This document shows, piece by piece, positions 30,286-41,598 of a DNA stretch of 64,000 nucleotides. The stretch spans positions 352,001-416,000 of the forward strand of contig CAVRBU010000003.1 of the NCBI GenBank assembly GCA_963719315.1, read 5' to 3'. Within the stretch, counting starts at the first letter, position 1. Each line of letters opens with the position of its first letter. The notes under the pieces are model-generated. The model had not been told where the DNA came from and made no database searches. It worked only from the letters and a program-made list of their open reading frames with translations. Position numbers and translations under genes: made by a program. The stretch is from an uncultured Planctomycetota bacterium. Its GTDB lineage: Bacteria > Planctomycetota > Planctomycetia > Pirellulales > Lacipirellulaceae.

Positions 30286-32466
30286 TTGGCCGTAAAGCGT
30301 TCCAAGAAGTCGACGAAGCGGAGTTCAACTACGTCCGCCAAAGGCAAGAAGGTCGCAAAATCGACCCGCCAGCCGCGCCGCGCCGCCGCGCCCAGTGTGA
30401 ATGGAGATGGCGACGAAGCAGCAGACGTTTCGGAATCGGAGGATCGCGCGGGGTCCAACGGCGAAGCGGGTGCCGGATCAAGCGTCGTGTCGCCGAAGCG
30501 GCGGGCGACCGCGCAGTCGATGGCGGCGAAGCAGCGCGACATCAGCGTCAGCGAATTCTTCGCCAAGAACCGGCACCTCTTGGGCTTCGATAACCCGCGG
30601 AAGGCGCTGCTCACGACGGTCAAGGAAGCGGTCGACAACTCGCTCGACGCTTGCGAAGAGGCCGGCATTCTGCCGGAGATTTGGGTCCACATCGAAGCCA
30701 CGGGCAGCGACCGCTTCAAAGTCGGCGTGCAGGATAACGGCCCCGGCATTCTCAAAAAGCAAATCCCGCTGATTTTCGGCAAGTTGCTGTACGGCTCGAA
30801 GTTTCATCGGCTGCGGCAAAGCCGTGGGCAGCAAGGCATCGGCATCAGCGCGGCCGGCATGTACGGCGTGCAAACGACCGGCAAGCCAGTGAAAATCATC
30901 TCCAAAGTCGGCGCCAACAAGCCGGCCCACTACTACGAAATCCAGATCGACACCAAGAAAAACGAGCCGCAGATTCTCAATGGTCGCGGCGAAGGTGTCG
31001 ATGTTCCGGCCGGCAAGAAGGGCGAAGAAGCGATCAAGAAGCACGAGATCGAATGGGTCGATCAACCGCACGGCACGCGCGTGACGATCGAGCTGCAAGC
31101 CAAATTCGTGCGTGGACGCGGCAGCGTGGACGAGTACCTCGAACAGACGGCGATCGCGAACCCGCACATCGCGCTGCATTACAAAGATCCCGACAACGAC
31201 ACTCGCGATTATCTGCGGTCGGCCGACAAATTGCCGCCAGAGCCGAAAGAAATCAAGCCGCATCCGTATGGCGTCGAGCTGGGCCGGCTTATCACACTGC
31301 TGCACGACAACCCGAATTCGACGGTCGCTCAATTTCTGACGAGCACGTTTTCGCGCGTGAGTGGCCAAATTGCACGAAAGATTTGCAACACGGCGAAAAT
31401 CTCCACGCGTTCCAGCACGCGGCGGATCGGCCGCAAAGAAGCCGACTCGCTGTTCCAAGCGATTCAGGCCACGCGAATCGCCGCGCCGGCGACCGATTGC
31501 ATCTCGCCGATCGGCGAGGAGTTGATTCTCAAAGGTCTCCACCAGGTGGTGCCGGGCGAGTTTTACGCCGCCGCCACGCGTCCGCCGGCCGTGTATCGCG
31601 GCAACCCGTTCCAGATCGAAGTCGGCATCGCGTACGGCGGGCAGGCCGCCATGCAACATGTGACGAAAGATTTGCTCGCTGAGCTCATCGAAGAGTCGGA
31701 CGCCCGGACAATCCGCCAGTTCTTGATTCACACGTTCAACGGCCTGGGCAGCGACGCGGCGGACCGGATTCTCAAGGAATCGGCGCTCGGCACGCGGCAA
31801 TCGCCGTCTAGCTTGAAACCGAAAGAGATCGAGAAACTGCTGGCGGCGATGAAAGGCGTAAACATTTCCGACGGCCAGACGATGGAAGTGCTGCGGTATG
31901 CCAACCGCGTACCGCTGCAATTCTCGCCGGCTAGCTGCGCGATCACGCAAACGATTCTCGGCACGAACTGGCGCAGCTACGGCCTCTCGCAATCGAGGGG
32001 CGGCATGCCGAAGGGGCCCGTCACCGTAATGGTCCACGTGGCCAGCGTGTGGGTGCCGTTCACCAGCGAATCGAAGGAGGCGATCGCGAGTTATCCGGAG
32101 ATTCAGAAAGAGCTGCGGCTGGCACTGCAGGCGGTCGGCCGGCACCTTGGGACCTACGTGAAGAAGCGGCAGAAAGTGAAACAGCAGGGAGAGCGTCGGC
32201 AGATTTTCTTGCGCTATCTGGGGGAAGTGGCGACGGCCGTGAGCGACATCAATGCGGCTGACCGCGCTCAATTGTACGAGCAACTGCTGAGCGTCGCGAA
32301 GAAGCGGACGGCGGATGCGGATATGAAGTTGGACGATCGCGGCCGAAGGATTGAAGAGGCCGAAGCGCTCGCGACTCATGAAAACGTGCTGATTGTAGAT
32401 CCGACGGAGGTGCCGGCGGCGATCAATCGAGCAGCGACCAATGGACCAAGAACTGACGAAGCATGA
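30286..32466 (+). CDS. top6B: DNA topoisomerase VI subunit B
   Basis: [14 protein letters not shown] motifs [48 protein letters not shown]. Confidence 0.93.
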   Translation: MAVKRSKKSTKRSSTTSAKGKKVAKSTRQPRRAAAPSVNGDGDEAADVSESEDRAGSNGEAGAGSSVVSPKRRATAQSMAAKQRDISVSEFFAKNRHLLGFDNPRKALLTTVKEAVDNSLDACEEAGILPEIWVHIEATGSDRFKVGVQDNGPGILKKQIPLIFGKLLYGSKFHRLRQSRGQQGIGISAAGMYGVQTTGKPVKIISKVGANKPAHYYEIQIDTKKNEPQILNGRGEGVDVPAGKKGEEAIKKHEIEWVDQPHGTRVTIELQAKFVRGRGSVDEYLEQTAIANPHIALHYKDPDNDTRDYLRSADKLPPEPKEIKPHPYGVELGRLITLLHDNPNSTVAQFLTSTFSRVSGQIARKICNTAKISTRSSTRRIGRKEADSLFQAIQATRIAAPATDCISPIGEELILKGLHQVVPGEFYAAATRPPAVYRGNPFQIEVGIAYGGQAAMQHVTKDLLAELIEESDARTIRQFLIHTFNGLGSDAADRILKESALGTRQSPSSLKPKEIEKLLAAMKGVNISDGQTMEVLRYANRVPLQFSPASCAITQTILGTNWRSYGLSQSRGGMPKGPVTVMVHVASVWVPFTSESKEAIASYPEIQKELRLALQAVGRHLGTYVKKRQKVKQQGERRQIFLRYLGEVATAVSDINAADRAQLYEQLLSVAKKRTADADMKLDDRGRRIEEAEALATHENVLIVDPTEVPAAINRAATNGPRTDEA

Positions 32467-32481
32467 TTGGAGGAATGAATC

Positions 32482-32733
32482 ATGACCCGAGTCACGATGG
32501 ATGCGGAACTGAAAAAGAGGCTCCTTAATTGCACGGAGCCGCTGGAGTTGTGCGATGAGCGGGGCACGGTGTTGGCGCGACTCACTCCGTCAACTCCTTG
32601 GAACGACCCAGAAAACTGGGTGGACTTGGGCTCCGACGCGAGCGACGAGGAGATCGAACAGGAGATTAACTCTGGCGAAACCTACAGCACGCAGGAACTC
32701 ATCGATCAGATAAAAAAGCTTAGGGGGCTGTAA
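32482..32733 (+). CDS. Small acidic protein, putative antitoxin
   Basis: GGAGG RBS; 83 aa with acidic C-terminus; abuts a RelE-like gene. Confidence 0.6.
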   Translation: MTRVTMDAELKKRLLNCTEPLELCDERGTVLARLTPSTPWNDPENWVDLGSDASDEEIEQEINSGETYSTQELIDQIKKLRGL

Positions 32734-33000
32734 ATGTTTCGCATTCGCTGGCGGAAATCAGTCAGTCGAAAGTTACTTGACGAATGTGCAAACGCGGACT
32801 CGGCGCTGCTGAACGAGATTCTGGATGCGATGGCAGATGCTGAATCGATTCTTTGAAACGAACCAGAGTTTGTTGGGGAATCGCGCGATCTCAATAGGCG
32901 GTGCTTGATAGTCGATCCAATTTCGGTCATTTACAAGGTAGATAATCGCAATCGACTCGTGATAGTGACCCATGCGTGGGTACACGGCTCAAGGAATTAA
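32734..33000 (+). pseudogene. RelE/ParE-like toxin with an internal stop (TGA 32854-32856)
   Basis: MFRIRWRKS...AESIL*NEPEFVGESRDLNRRCLIVDPISVIYKVDNRNRLVIVTHAWVHGSRN*. Confidence 0.6.
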
Positions 33001-33023
33001 TCAGCTACTCAAGAACAAACATC

Positions 33024-34184
33024 ATGGCCAAGAGAATCAGCCGGCGCCGTGGCGCGGCAACCGAAGCGAAACAAGCTGCGGCGAAGCTTTCGCTGCGCGA
33101 TAAGAAAACGATGACGAGCATTGTCGGTCTGGCAGACCGAGTCGTCGATGCAGCGGAAAAACGGAAGGATCCGGCGGTCGATATTCCCTCGCGAACGTTA
33201 TCAAACGTGCACTACAGCCCGCGGAAGCGGATTATCGAGATGGGCAATTCGACGAATCGCCGACAGTTGTTCGATCTTTCACAAGCCAAGTCGTACATGC
33301 AAACGATGCTCGTGGCGAGCGGCGCGAAGAAGCTACTCTTGCAAAGCAAATCGACGAGTTTGCGCGGTCTGTTTTACATGCTAAAGCACACGATCGAGGG
33401 GACCAAAGAAAACACGTTCGACGATCAAGGTGAATGCGACCCGGTCGTGGAGGACATCGAGGTCCTTTTGAATACGCTGCGTGAAGAGCTGCATTTGTAT
33501 GCATCCAATCGCGGAACCTTGGTGGGGCCCATCACGCTGGTCGATACGGGCGACACGATCGATTGCTCGCGAATGGGATCCGGCGGCTATAGCATTCCAT
33601 CGATCGTCGAGCCGGAGGTGATGCAGTTCGTCAAGTGCGACGCGAAATTCATTCTGCACGTCGAAAAGGACACGGTTTGGCGGCGTTTCAACGAGGACAA
33701 GTTCTGGAAGAAGCACAATTGCTTATTAACGCACGGCATGGGTCAGCCGCCTCGCGGCGTGCGGCGACTGCTCAACCGCCTGCACCACGAATTGAACCTG
33801 CCGATCTATTGCCTGCTCGATAACGATCCGTGGGGGTACTACATCTACAGCGTCATTAAGCAGGGGTCGATCAACCTGGCGTACGAATCGCAGCGGATGG
33901 CGATTCCGGACGTGCGGTACCTCGGGCTGCGAAGCAAGGACTTTGAGCGGTGTCAACTTTCGGACAGCGTTAAGATCTCGCTGAACGACAACGATAAAAA
34001 ACGCGCGAAGCAGATCGCGAATTACCCGTGGTTTGCGAAAAAGCGCGACTGGCAACGCGAGATCGAGAAGATGCTCAAGAACGACTTCAAGCTGGAAGTC
34101 GAATCGCTGATTTCAAAAGACATCAGCTACGTGACTGAGCAATACGTCCCGGCGCGGCTGGCGGAGCAGGATTGGCTGGATTGA
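33024..34184 (+). CDS. top6A: DNA topoisomerase VI subunit A
   Basis: Catalytic Tyr region SLRGLFY; TOPRIM motifs HVEKDTV and LDNDPWG; KLEVESL. Confidence 0.93.
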   Translation: MAKRISRRRGAATEAKQAAAKLSLRDKKTMTSIVGLADRVVDAAEKRKDPAVDIPSRTLSNVHYSPRKRIIEMGNSTNRRQLFDLSQAKSYMQTMLVASGAKKLLLQSKSTSLRGLFYMLKHTIEGTKENTFDDQGECDPVVEDIEVLLNTLREELHLYASNRGTLVGPITLVDTGDTIDCSRMGSGGYSIPSIVEPEVMQFVKCDAKFILHVEKDTVWRRFNEDKFWKKHNCLLTHGMGQPPRGVRRLLNRLHHELNLPIYCLLDNDPWGYYIYSVIKQGSINLAYESQRMAIPDVRYLGLRSKDFERCQLSDSVKISLNDNDKKRAKQIANYPWFAKKRDWQREIEKMLKNDFKLEVESLISKDISYVTEQYVPARLAEQDWLD

Positions 34185-34206
34185 ATTAGGGTCGAGAGCC
34201 AGATAG

Positions 34207-34286
34207 GTAGGGTGTGTCGAATCTTCGAGACACACCACAAGGTCATACCAGCATGCGGTGTGTCTTGAAGACTCGACACACCCTAC
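34207..34286. repeat. GTAG-type REP doublet
   Basis: gtagggtgtgtcgaatcttcgagacacacc ... ggtgtgtcttgaagactcgacacaccctac. Confidence 0.8.
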
Positions 34287-34427
34287 TAAAACTCCTGCGG
34301 CTCCGCCTGCTTTCTTGGCACGCAATGCCTGTGAATTAAGCGGCGTCCCGCGCCGACTTCTGGCACGCGCTCCACTTTCTTCGCGAAAACACCCTTGCCA
34401 AGGCAAATTGAGTCCGTGCTAGCTCCA

Positions 34428-34443
34428 CGGCACGGCAGTTGCT
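34428..34443 (+). promoter_or_regulatory. Putative sigma54 (-24/-12) promoter upstream of the first amt
   Basis: CGGCACG-GCAG-TTGCT matches TGGCACG-N4-TTGCW with correct spacing. Confidence 0.65.
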
Positions 34444-34660
34444 TTGCGGGACGCTCTGCGTCTGGCGGGACGCCTAACCTATGCGCTAAGCATTGGCGAT
34501 TTCCATCCTTCTGGAAATTGCCGGAGTAAGTCGAATCGCCCTCCGCGATTTCGATCCGGTGGATTCCACGGGTTGGGGATGGCCCGGTGCACGCTCAACG
34601 CGCTGGCAGTGTGCAAAAATCGGCGCGCCGAAAAACCCTTCTGATGCGGAGACTGAATTT

Positions 34661-36124
34661 ATGGGAAGTACCACTGACTGGGCACGATGTCGATCATGGT
34701 TACTCGCGATCGGCCTGCTAAGCATGTTGATCGCGACATACTGTGCGAACGCGGCGCAAGCACAAGAACAAACACCGGCGGCGGAGCCCGCGGCAGCCAC
34801 ACCCGCCGCGGCGGGACCTGCGGGACTGAATGAGTCGCTGGGCGCAACGTCTCACGCACTGGATACGGTCTGGGTCTTGGTGACGGCGTTTCTGGTGATG
34901 TGGATGCAGGCCGGTTTCGCGTTGGTGGAAACGGGTCTCACGCGCGCTAAAAACGCGGTAAACATCTGCATGAAGAATCTGCTGGACTTTTGCTTCGGCA
35001 CGATGACGTTCTGGATCGTCGGCTTCTCGATCATGTTCGGCGACGGCGGCAGCATGAATAAACTCTGGGGCGGGCTCAACGGAATGTTTTTGAACACCGC
35101 TGAGCCATTCAAATCGCTGGATTGGACGCACGTTCCGTTGGACGCCAAGTTCTTTTTTCAGCTTGTGTTTGCCGCGACGACGGCCACGATTGTTTCCGGC
35201 GCCATGGCCGAGCGGACCAAGTTCACTTCGTACATGCTTTACAGCGCGGTCGTTTCGGCTTGTATTTATCCCGTTTCCGGTCACTGGATTTGGGGCGGCG
35301 GCTGGTTGGCGGACAAGGGATTCTTCGATTTCGCAGGTTCGACCGTCGTGCATAGTTGCGGCGGCTGGCTGTCGCTGATCGGAGCGTTTGTGCTCGGCTC
35401 ACGGCTCGGCAAATTCGATTCGGCCGGCAAGCCACGGGCTATCCCGGGCCACAACCTCGTGTTCGTGACGCTGGGAGTGTTCGTCCTGTGGCTGGGGTGG
35501 TTCGGGTTTAACCCGGGCAGCACCATGTCCGCGGACGCCGGATTGATCGCCAAGATCACGGTGAACACCAACGCGGCGGCGGCGATCGCTTGCATCGCGG
35601 CCGTGTTCACCGCGCGCGCCATGTACGGTAAGTGGGAAGCAACCATGGCGCTCAACGGAGCGCTGGCCGGATTGGTCGCCATCACCTGTCCGTGCGCGTG
35701 GGTTTCGACGTCGTCGTCGGTGATCATCGGCTTGGTGGCCGGTATCTTGGTCGTGCTCTCCGTGGTCGGCATTGAGAAGTTTCTCAAGATCGATGATCCG
35801 GTGGGTGCGATTTCCGTGCACGGCGTCTGCGGCGCCTGGGGCACGTTATCGCTAGGCCTGTTCTCGATTGCCAATGGCGATGCGGCGCCGAAGCCCGGTT
35901 TGTTCATGCCGGGTGGCAGCTCCGAACAGTTGGTTTCCCAGGCCATCGGCGTCGCCGCCGTGTTCGGCTGGGCGATTGTCACGGGAGCGGTGTTGTTCTA
36001 TATCCTCAAAGCCACGGTCGGCTTGCGCGTTTCTCCGGAAGAGGAGCGCGAAGGGCTCGACTACGGCGAGCACGGCAACGAGGCCTATCATGGCTTCGTG
36101 TTCGAGGCCACGACCGAGGGTTGA
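34661..36124 (+). CDS. amt: Ammonium transporter (copy 1)
   Basis: MQAGFALVE, DFAGSTVVH, WFGFNPGS, IDDPVGAISVH (twin His intact). Confidence 0.95.
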   Translation: MGSTTDWARCRSWLLAIGLLSMLIATYCANAAQAQEQTPAAEPAAATPAAAGPAGLNESLGATSHALDTVWVLVTAFLVMWMQAGFALVETGLTRAKNAVNICMKNLLDFCFGTMTFWIVGFSIMFGDGGSMNKLWGGLNGMFLNTAEPFKSLDWTHVPLDAKFFFQLVFAATTATIVSGAMAERTKFTSYMLYSAVVSACIYPVSGHWIWGGGWLADKGFFDFAGSTVVHSCGGWLSLIGAFVLGSRLGKFDSAGKPRAIPGHNLVFVTLGVFVLWLGWFGFNPGSTMSADAGLIAKITVNTNAAAAIACIAAVFTARAMYGKWEATMALNGALAGLVAITCPCAWVSTSSSVIIGLVAGILVVLSVVGIEKFLKIDDPVGAISVHGVCGAWGTLSLGLFSIANGDAAPKPGLFMPGGSSEQLVSQAIGVAAVFGWAIVTGAVLFYILKATVGLRVSPEEEREGLDYGEHGNEAYHGFVFEATTEG

Positions 36125-36592
<468 letters not shown>

Positions 36593-36645
36593 ACGCGGGC
36601 ATTGTGCGGCAATAGAACAGTCCTGTCGTTGCCCGGAAATCTTCG

Positions 36646-36661
36646 CGGCGACACTCTTGCA
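36646..36661 (+). promoter_or_regulatory. Weaker putative sigma54 promoter upstream of the second amt
   Basis: CGGCGAC-ACTC-TTGCA with the same GG/GC spacing. Confidence 0.4.
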
Positions 36662-36807
36662 CCTACCGTGCGCGGCAGCGTACACTGTGCGCCATCATCG
36701 TTCAGTAGCGGACGAATTCTCGTCCAATTTCTATCGTTGGTCATATGGCGGTTCAGGGAGTGCGATGACTCGGGCGGCGCAGGCGGCGCATTTCTACCCT
36801 TCTGAAA

Positions 36808-38313
36808 ATGGAGACTTCTACTATGGAGTGGTTGCATCGATCCGATACACGGCTCGGGTTGTTTTCGATTTTCCTATTCGGTGCTCTGTTGCTCCTAGCA
36901 GCGGGCCGGTCGGCCATCGCGCAAGAAGCGGCGCCCCCGGAGCAGCCGGCCGCTGCGGCCGCAGCCGCGCCCGCCGCCGACCCGGTCGCGGCGCTAGAAG
37001 CAAAGGCCAAGTTCTGGGCCGACACCCTCTGGGTGCTGATCACGGCCATGCTCGTGTTCTTCATGAACCTGGGCTTCGCCTGCGTGGAATCGGGGTTCTG
37101 TCGCGCCAAGAACTGCGTGAACATCCTCTCCAAGAACTTCGTCGTGTTTGCGGTCACGTCGCTGACCTTTTGGTTATTGGGGTTCGGCATCATGTTTGGC
37201 GACGGCAACGACTATTTCGGTATGAGCGGCCTGTGGATGCTCAAAGGCGCGGATAACAGCCCGATGCTCGCGGATGCCTACCAGGGAGTTTACAAGTCAT
37301 TGAACTGGACCGGTGTGCCATTGGAAGCCAAGTTCTTCTTCCAATTGGTATTCGCCGGCACGGCTGCGACGATCGTGTCGGGCGCGGTCGCCGAGCGCAT
37401 TAAATACATTTCGTTCATCGTGTTCAGCGCCTGCATGGCGATCGTGATTTATCCAGTGGTTGGCCACTGGATTTGGGGTGGGGGCTGGTTGGCGCAAAAA
37501 GGTTTTCTGGATTTCGCCGGCTCGACACAGGTGCATTCCATCGGCGGCTGGGCGGCGCTGGTCGGCGTCTATATGCTGGGCCCGCGAATCGGCAAATATA
37601 GGTCGGACGGAAAAGTCCAAGCGATTCCCGGCCATAACATGACGGCCGCCACGATCGGTTGCTTCGTGCTGTGGCTGGGTTGGTTCGGCTTCAATCCGGG
37701 CAGCACGATGGCTGCCAACCCCGATGCGATCGCGCACATCTGCATTACGACCAATACCGCGGCCGCCGCGGCCACGCTCACCGCCACGGCCACCGCCTGG
37801 ATCAAGCTTGGCAAGCCGGATATCGGCATGACGCTCAACGGTTGCCTTGCGGGGCTCGTGGCCATCACGGCGCCGTGCGCCTACGTGAGCGTTTTGTCGT
37901 CGCTGATTATCGGGGCGATTGCGGGCGTGCTCGTCGTTCTCTCGGTGTTGTTCTTCGACCGCATCAAGGCCGACGATCCGGTCGGCGCGACCTCGGTGCA
38001 CCTGGCAAACGGCGTTTTCGGCACACTCTGCGTGGGCCTGTTCGGAGAGCCGGAGATCATGTCCAAAGTGGCCGGCGTATCGTCGAAGGGCGGCCTGTTC
38101 TTCGGCGGTGGCGCCGACCAGCTCGTCGCGCAGCTTATCGGCGTGGTCGCAACCGGAGCGTACGTCGTCGTTGCTTCCGCCGTATGCTGGACGATAATCA
38201 AGGCGACGCTGGGCATGCGTGTTTCGGCCGCGGAAGAGAGGGAAGGCCTCGACTTCGGCGAGCACGGCAACGAGGCTTACCACGGCTTCGTCATGGCCGC
38301 GGAAAGCATGTGA
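36808..38313 (+). CDS. amt: Ammonium transporter (copy 2)
   Basis: MNLGFACVE, DFAGSTQVH, WFGFNPGS, DDPVGATSVH. Confidence 0.95.
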   Translation: METSTMEWLHRSDTRLGLFSIFLFGALLLLAAGRSAIAQEAAPPEQPAAAAAAAPAADPVAALEAKAKFWADTLWVLITAMLVFFMNLGFACVESGFCRAKNCVNILSKNFVVFAVTSLTFWLLGFGIMFGDGNDYFGMSGLWMLKGADNSPMLADAYQGVYKSLNWTGVPLEAKFFFQLVFAGTAATIVSGAVAERIKYISFIVFSACMAIVIYPVVGHWIWGGGWLAQKGFLDFAGSTQVHSIGGWAALVGVYMLGPRIGKYRSDGKVQAIPGHNMTAATIGCFVLWLGWFGFNPGSTMAANPDAIAHICITTNTAAAAATLTATATAWIKLGKPDIGMTLNGCLAGLVAITAPCAYVSVLSSLIIGAIAGVLVVLSVLFFDRIKADDPVGATSVHLANGVFGTLCVGLFGEPEIMSKVAGVSSKGGLFFGGGADQLVAQLIGVVATGAYVVVASAVCWTIIKATLGMRVSAAEEREGLDFGEHGNEAYHGFVMAAESM

Positions 38314-38748
<435 letters not shown>

Positions 38749-38818
38749 CGTTGCAGGTCGTGGGTAAAAGCCAGCGGCGGCACTTCCAGGAGATGCTCTT
38801 GGCGGAACGTGGTATGCT

Positions 38819-40039
38819 GTGAGGGTGAATTGGCACCTTCCCAACGCGCTGCGACGCATCTCGGCCGCGGTCATAGTGCTCGGCTTGCTAATCGGCACCG
38901 CGGCGGCCGGACCGTTCACCGACCTGGTCTTGTTCGGCGACAGCCTCTCGGACGTCGGTAACATTTCAGACGCGACGCCGATTCTTTTTGGTTTGGTCCC
39001 CAAAACGCCCGGTCCCTCCTATTGGAACGGACGCTTTTCGAACGGACCCGTGTATGCTGAATCCTTAACAACCGGGCTGGGCCTGCCGACACTGGATAAT
39101 AGTAGTGCTGGCGGAAAGGATTTCGCCTACGGCGGCGCGCAAACCACCGGCACTGGGTTTCCCGATAACATCGTCGTCCGCGATGTGGATGACCAAGTGG
39201 GCGACTTTTTAGCCGGTCCCGCGGCCGATCCGAATGCCCTGTTCGTGGTATTTGCCGGCGCCAACGATTTGATCGGCGGCCAGACGAACATGAGCGTGCC
39301 CGTCAATAGTTTGCAGGGCAGCATCAACCGGCTCATCATGGACGGCGCGCGGCAGTTCCTGGTCTTCAATCTTCCGCCGCTGGGTTACACACCGCGGTAC
39401 AACGCCAACCAATCGACGCGCGACATATACAACGCGCGTTCGCAACAATACAACGCGGCACTCGCCACGATGCTCGGCGGCGTGCAAGCCGGCAATCCGG
39501 CCGTCACCGTATTTCAATTCGATGTGGCCGCGATGTTCAACCAAGCGCTGGCCGATCCAGCGGCGTTCGGACTGACGAACGTGACCGACTCCGCCGCTCC
39601 TGGCCTGCAACCCGGCGCGAAGTCGTATGACACGAGGCTCATCGTGCCCAATCCGAACCAGTATATGTTCTGGGACGACCTGCACCCGACCGCCGCGGTC
39701 CACGCGATCCTGGCCCAGCGCGCGCTCGATCTATTCCGGCTGCCCGGCGACTTCAATCACGACAACGTGGTGGACGCGGCCGACTACATCGTGTGGCGCA
39801 ACGGCGTCGGCACGGCGTACATCCCGTATGACTACGACGTGTGGCGAGACCACTTCGGCCAAACCGCCGGTAGCGGCGCAGCATCCACCCTCCCCCTTCC
39901 CCCTTCCGCCTTGGATTCCGCCGTGCCGGAGCCAGCGACGCTGCTCTTGCTCGGCTTGGCCCTGTCGGCCCTTGCGCTTGGCAATCGCCACTGCTCTCCA
40001 CCAAGAGCCACCGCCGCGTTGCAGCTCATACGGCATTAA
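38819..40039 (+). CDS. SGNH/GDSL hydrolase with dockerin-like repeat and PEP-CTERM
   Basis: FGDSLSD, GRFSNG, GAND, FWDDLHPT; GDFNHDNVVDAADYIVWR; VPEPAT. Confidence 0.9.
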   Translation: MRVNWHLPNALRRISAAVIVLGLLIGTAAAGPFTDLVLFGDSLSDVGNISDATPILFGLVPKTPGPSYWNGRFSNGPVYAESLTTGLGLPTLDNSSAGGKDFAYGGAQTTGTGFPDNIVVRDVDDQVGDFLAGPAADPNALFVVFAGANDLIGGQTNMSVPVNSLQGSINRLIMDGARQFLVFNLPPLGYTPRYNANQSTRDIYNARSQQYNAALATMLGGVQAGNPAVTVFQFDVAAMFNQALADPAAFGLTNVTDSAAPGLQPGAKSYDTRLIVPNPNQYMFWDDLHPTAAVHAILAQRALDLFRLPGDFNHDNVVDAADYIVWRNGVGTAYIPYDYDVWRDHFGQTAGSGAASTLPLPPSALDSAVPEPATLLLLGLALSALALGNRHCSPPRATAALQLIRH

Positions 40040-40708
40040 CACGCTAATTTCCGCGTACAGTCCTTCCCTCTTCTTGCCCTGCGGTGAGTTTTGCGCGAGG
40101 GCTTTGTGCAATAGGATTCGCAAGTCGTTGGGCGGCAAGGGATTGCGATTTGCGCACACGCGGAAATTTTTTTTCCGCGTGCAAAACCCCTCCTTATTGC
40201 ACGCCGCTCGGGGCGGCGGACCGCTGGAAATCCAGTGGTTTGGGCATCCGTTCGACGTGCAATAGTAGGCGAGTTTGCTCACTAAAAAGCCGGTTCTTGT
40301 CACGTTCTTGGCACGTTTTCGACGCGCATCCCATGGTGCATGCTGCAAATCAAAGCGCAGCATGGGCGTCTGGGCGGCCACATGGCCGTCAGCCGTCAGC
40401 CGACAGCTAATCATTCAGATTTTCAAGGAGCGAACGCCGTCGCAGTGCGGCGTGATGAGACTATAGCATTTTCGTGGGTCCCGATCCACAATTATTTTTG
40501 GCCGCGCGGAGAAGACGTGCGGCGGTCGTTAGCGGTGTTTTTTGTGACCACGGATAGCGTGGATGGCGCGGATCAGGTTGCGAGACGGAATCTTATCCGT
40601 GCGAGCGGTGTAATCCGAGGTTGACCAGGTGCTCGCATCTGACGAACGTTGGGGCGAACGCGGCCGGGCGTAGCCGTCGCAACCACGGCACGCGCCAGAA
40701 TAAACGAA

Positions 40709-40800
40709 CGGGGTCAGGATTTGATTAAATCGTTCCGACCCGATTTCCGGATTTCACTTTAATTCACCTTCGGTCAGCGATTTGACTCCCGTCCCCTTTA
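40709..40800. repeat. Hairpin A (GGGGTCAG...GACCC) plus a right arm GATTTGACTCCCGTCCCCTTT
   Basis: Inverted repeat at 40709-40742; 40779-40794 is identical to 43975-43990. Confidence 0.7.
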
Positions 40801-40807
40801 ATTAAAA

Positions 40808-40936
40808 TCTTATGGAAGCGGTCAAACATTTGTGGTTCCACCTAATACGGTAATACGGTATCCGGGATTTTGGGGAACCATCAAGTATCCACTTGGACAA
40901 CGCATGTACATAGGCCCGGGACTTTTCCCGGAGTAA
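40808..40936 (+). pseudogene. Start-less ORF remnant, probable polymorphic toxin C-terminal tip
   Basis: SYGSGQTFVVPPNTVIRYPGFWGTIKYPLGQRMYIGPGLFPE* ends just before an immunity-like gene; Rhs context. Confidence 0.45.
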
Positions 40937-40945
40937 TACGCCACG

Positions 40946-41263
40946 ATGCGCTATGCGCGGCATAATTGTATGATCCAGACGCTCGGAATCCTGATGTTTG
41001 CCATCGCGGCGTTCTTTGCTGGGACAAACTTCTATTTTAGCTTCATTGGTCCATGTATTAGTCGGTGGTTTGGCTGGAAGCTGCGCCGCGAATCTGTGAC
41101 TCCTTTCTTGGGAAACTTATTTCTGATTGCAGCCTTAGCGCTGCTCAAATGGTCAGTATTTATTTGGCTAATTGCGATTGTTCTCTGCGCGATAGATACG
41201 GGTGGTATCTTTTGGTTTTGCGCAGTTATGTTCTGGCGAGCGATTATTCAGAGGAAGTCGTAG
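40946..41263 (+). CDS. Small membrane protein, putative immunity protein
   Basis: AT-rich, multi-TM, Rhs context. Confidence 0.6.
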   Translation: MRYARHNCMIQTLGILMFAIAAFFAGTNFYFSFIGPCISRWFGWKLRRESVTPFLGNLFLIAALALLKWSVFIWLIAIVLCAIDTGGIFWFCAVMFWRAIIQRKS

Positions 41264-41280
41264 CCCGCTGAGGTAAAAAG

Positions 41281-41589
41281 GTGTTGCCGGAAGGTTATGT
41301 ATTGGAATTTGCTCGTTGGATTCTCGGTGGGCTTTGCTTGGTAATCTTTAGCTTAATCGCTCTGGGGAACTGTGCGGTCGCGTGGAATTGGTTCGTTCAC
41401 CACAAACGAGGTTCGATGTTTCCTGTCTTCGGCGGTCTGTTAGGGGCAATCGGTGTTCTGCTACTTCCAATTGAGAATAGTTCGCAGTGGTGGTGGCTTC
41501 CACCTCTTTTGGATTTGGGATGCGTTCCAATTGTTATTATCTGGTTGGTTGCCTTTCTTGGCCGTTATTTTAGGTATCTGAAGTCGTGA
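41281..41589 (+). CDS. Small membrane protein, putative immunity protein (distant paralog of the previous gene)
   Basis: Shares an S-x-x-P-x-x-G ... D-x-G pattern and TM layout with 40946-41263. Confidence 0.6.
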   Translation: MLPEGYVLEFARWILGGLCLVIFSLIALGNCAVAWNWFVHHKRGSMFPVFGGLLGAIGVLLLPIENSSQWWWLPPLLDLGCVPIVIIWLVAFLGRYFRYLKS

Positions 41590-41598
41590 GTCGCAGAG

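Noticed and set aside
30478..32379. 633-aa minus-strand ORF
   Set aside because: Antisense shadow of top6B.
32854..32856. In-frame TGA as selenocysteine
   Set aside because: Not a redox motif context and no evident SECIS hairpin; a CGA-to-TGA nonsense change is more likely.
34316..34380. Additional TGGCACG motifs as sigma54 promoters
   Set aside because: They lack a correctly spaced TTGC -12 element.
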